Source of the DNA: Acidilobaceae archaeon
GTDB lineage: Archaea; Thermoproteota; Thermoprotei_A; Sulfolobales; Acidilobaceae
Direction of reading: 5' to 3'
Assembly: GCA_038824665.1 (NCBI GenBank)
Contig: JAWBBK010000005.1
Location: 32,001 to 96,000, forward strand
Length of the DNA stretch: 64,000 nucleotides
The notes under the pieces were generated by a model. That model was not told the origin of the DNA. It was given only the letters and a program-made list of their open reading frames with translations, and did not search any database. Both the position numbers and the translations under genes were made by a program. Below, piece after piece: positions 62,734 to 64,000 of this stretch. Position 1 is the first letter of the stretch. Every line of letters starts with the position of its first letter.

Positions 62734-63921
62734 ATGAAAAGAATCCAACTCGCGTTGGCTACGTTTCTATTAGTCGTTCTAATCTTAAACTCCGCCCTTT
62801 TAGTTCGCCCTCAAGAAAGAACCCTGAGGATCTTCAACTACAGTCAGTACATAGATCCTGAGGTACTGAGCATATTTGAGAAAGAAACTGGAATAAAGGT
62901 AATTTATGATGAGTATGAAGCAGCAGAAGAAGCCTGGGCTAAACTCCTTGCTGGAGGAGGAGGTTATGACCTAATAATATTAGCTCATACCCATCTGAAG
63001 CTGGCTATAGACAAAGGGCTTGTAAGACCACTCGATAAGACTCTGATACCCAATCTCGCCTACATAGACCCAAGGCTAAAAGGTTACCCTGCCGACCCGA
63101 ACATGGACTACTCCGTTCCCTATGGTTGGGGCGCAACCATAATAGCTTACGCTAAAGACTGTGTCAGTGACCCGCCTAGAAGCTGGAGAGAGTTCCTCAG
63201 TTCTAATTATTTGAGCAAATACTCAGGAAAAGCTACGTTACTTTCAGAAGGGACTGACGTGGTAGAAGCAACGCTAATAGCTTTGGGCTACAACATAAAC
63301 GACGAAAAGTCTTGGTCTAAGGAGGTAATAGATAAAGTCATAGAGCACTTAAAGAGCATAAGAAAATATCTCAGAGGGTTCTGGGGCTTTTCGGAGTTCT
63401 CTCAAGCTCTGCTCCAAAGAGAGATATGTCTAGCTCAAGCGTGGTCTGGTGACGTTCTGTTTTTGATGAATGAAGATGAAAATATAGATTATGTGATCCC
63501 AGAAGACGGTCTATATGTATGGATAGACTTCATGTTGATACCTAAAGACGCCAAAAACGTAAAGGAGGCCCATATGTTCATTAACTTCATCTTAAGACCA
63601 GACATAGCTGCTAGAAACGCAAAGTTTACGTACTACCCACCTCCTTTAGCTAAAGATGTTCTCAGAGAGTACGCTATTAAGACAAAAGACAACGAACTTC
63701 TCGCTCTTATTGACTCGGGACTCCTCTACCTAGAAGGCTACAATTTCATCTTGAGTCCCTATCTAGATGAAAACAAACTAGAAGCTGTAAGTAGAGTAAT
63801 GATAGAAGTCCAAGCAGCAAGACCTATAGCTCTTTATCTGGTCTTGACTTTAATCGTCTTGGCGGTTCTAACCACAGGAGCTTTAATCCTAAAGAGGCGC
63901 ACACGAGTTAGTCAACGATAG
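62734..63921 (+). CDS. potD: Spermidine/putrescine ABC substrate-binding protein
   Basis: FNYSQYIDP, FEKETGIKV, YSVPY.WG, AWSGD, W.D, FINF; C-terminal TM. Confidence 0.9.
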   Translation: MKRIQLALATFLLVVLILNSALLVRPQERTLRIFNYSQYIDPEVLSIFEKETGIKVIYDEYEAAEEAWAKLLAGGGGYDLIILAHTHLKLAIDKGLVRPLDKTLIPNLAYIDPRLKGYPADPNMDYSVPYGWGATIIAYAKDCVSDPPRSWREFLSSNYLSKYSGKATLLSEGTDVVEATLIALGYNINDEKSWSKEVIDKVIEHLKSIRKYLRGFWGFSEFSQALLQREICLAQAWSGDVLFLMNEDENIDYVIPEDGLYVWIDFMLIPKDAKNVKEAHMFINFILRPDIAARNAKFTYYPPPLAKDVLREYAIKTKDNELLALIDSGLLYLEGYNFILSPYLDENKLEAVSRVMIEVQAARPIALYLVLTLIVLAVLTTGALILKRRTRVSQR

Positions 63922-63941
63922 GGGACAGAGGAGACCCTGAG

Positions 63942-64000
63942 GTGAGCGGAGCTCGCGTAAGACTAGAAAACGTTTGGATTACCTATGGAGAGTTCCCGGC
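63942..64000 (+). CDS. Start of ABC ATP-binding subunit (PotA-like), partial
   Basis: GTG SGARVRLENVWITYGEF directly after potD. Confidence 0.55.
   Translation, partial: MSGARVRLENVWITYGEFP

Overview
Crenarchaeal (Thermoprotei, probably Desulfurococcales/Acidilobales-like) chromosomal segment, mostly housekeeping, with frequent TTG/GTG starts and GGTG/GAGGTG SD motifs. It contains the pus10-rpl21e-rpoF-DUF655-ksgA-hemK cluster, mptA and queC, a near-complete branched-chain amino acid cluster (leuCD, ilvD, cimA, B3/4 protein, ilvC, ACT subunit, ilvB, leuA, leuB) and a metal-ABC/thi4/NikR-like locus. Further on are alaS, a rearranged rpl11-1-10/rpl12 locus, dnaG, polB, endonuclease IV, an RHH-UPF0175-PIN fusion followed by two VWA genes, a large surface stalk protein, a large pilin-like protein, DHH, XPF, Pcc1, prefoldin beta and potD. 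RNA genes: tRNA-Trp(CCA) with a 30/31 BHB intron, tRNA-Arg(UCU), tRNA-Leu(CAA), RNase P RNA and two C/D box sRNAs. Notable oddities: a 101-bp perfect inverted repeat shared by the L10 and L12 tails; an N-terminally truncated L11; substitutions at near-invariant P4 positions of RNase P RNA; an 18-aa K/E micro-ORF with an SD; a small island bounded by tRNA-Arg and a decayed copy of it; leuB ending inside antisense tRNA-Leu; and several interrupted genes. All calls are by motif recognition only; no searches were run.
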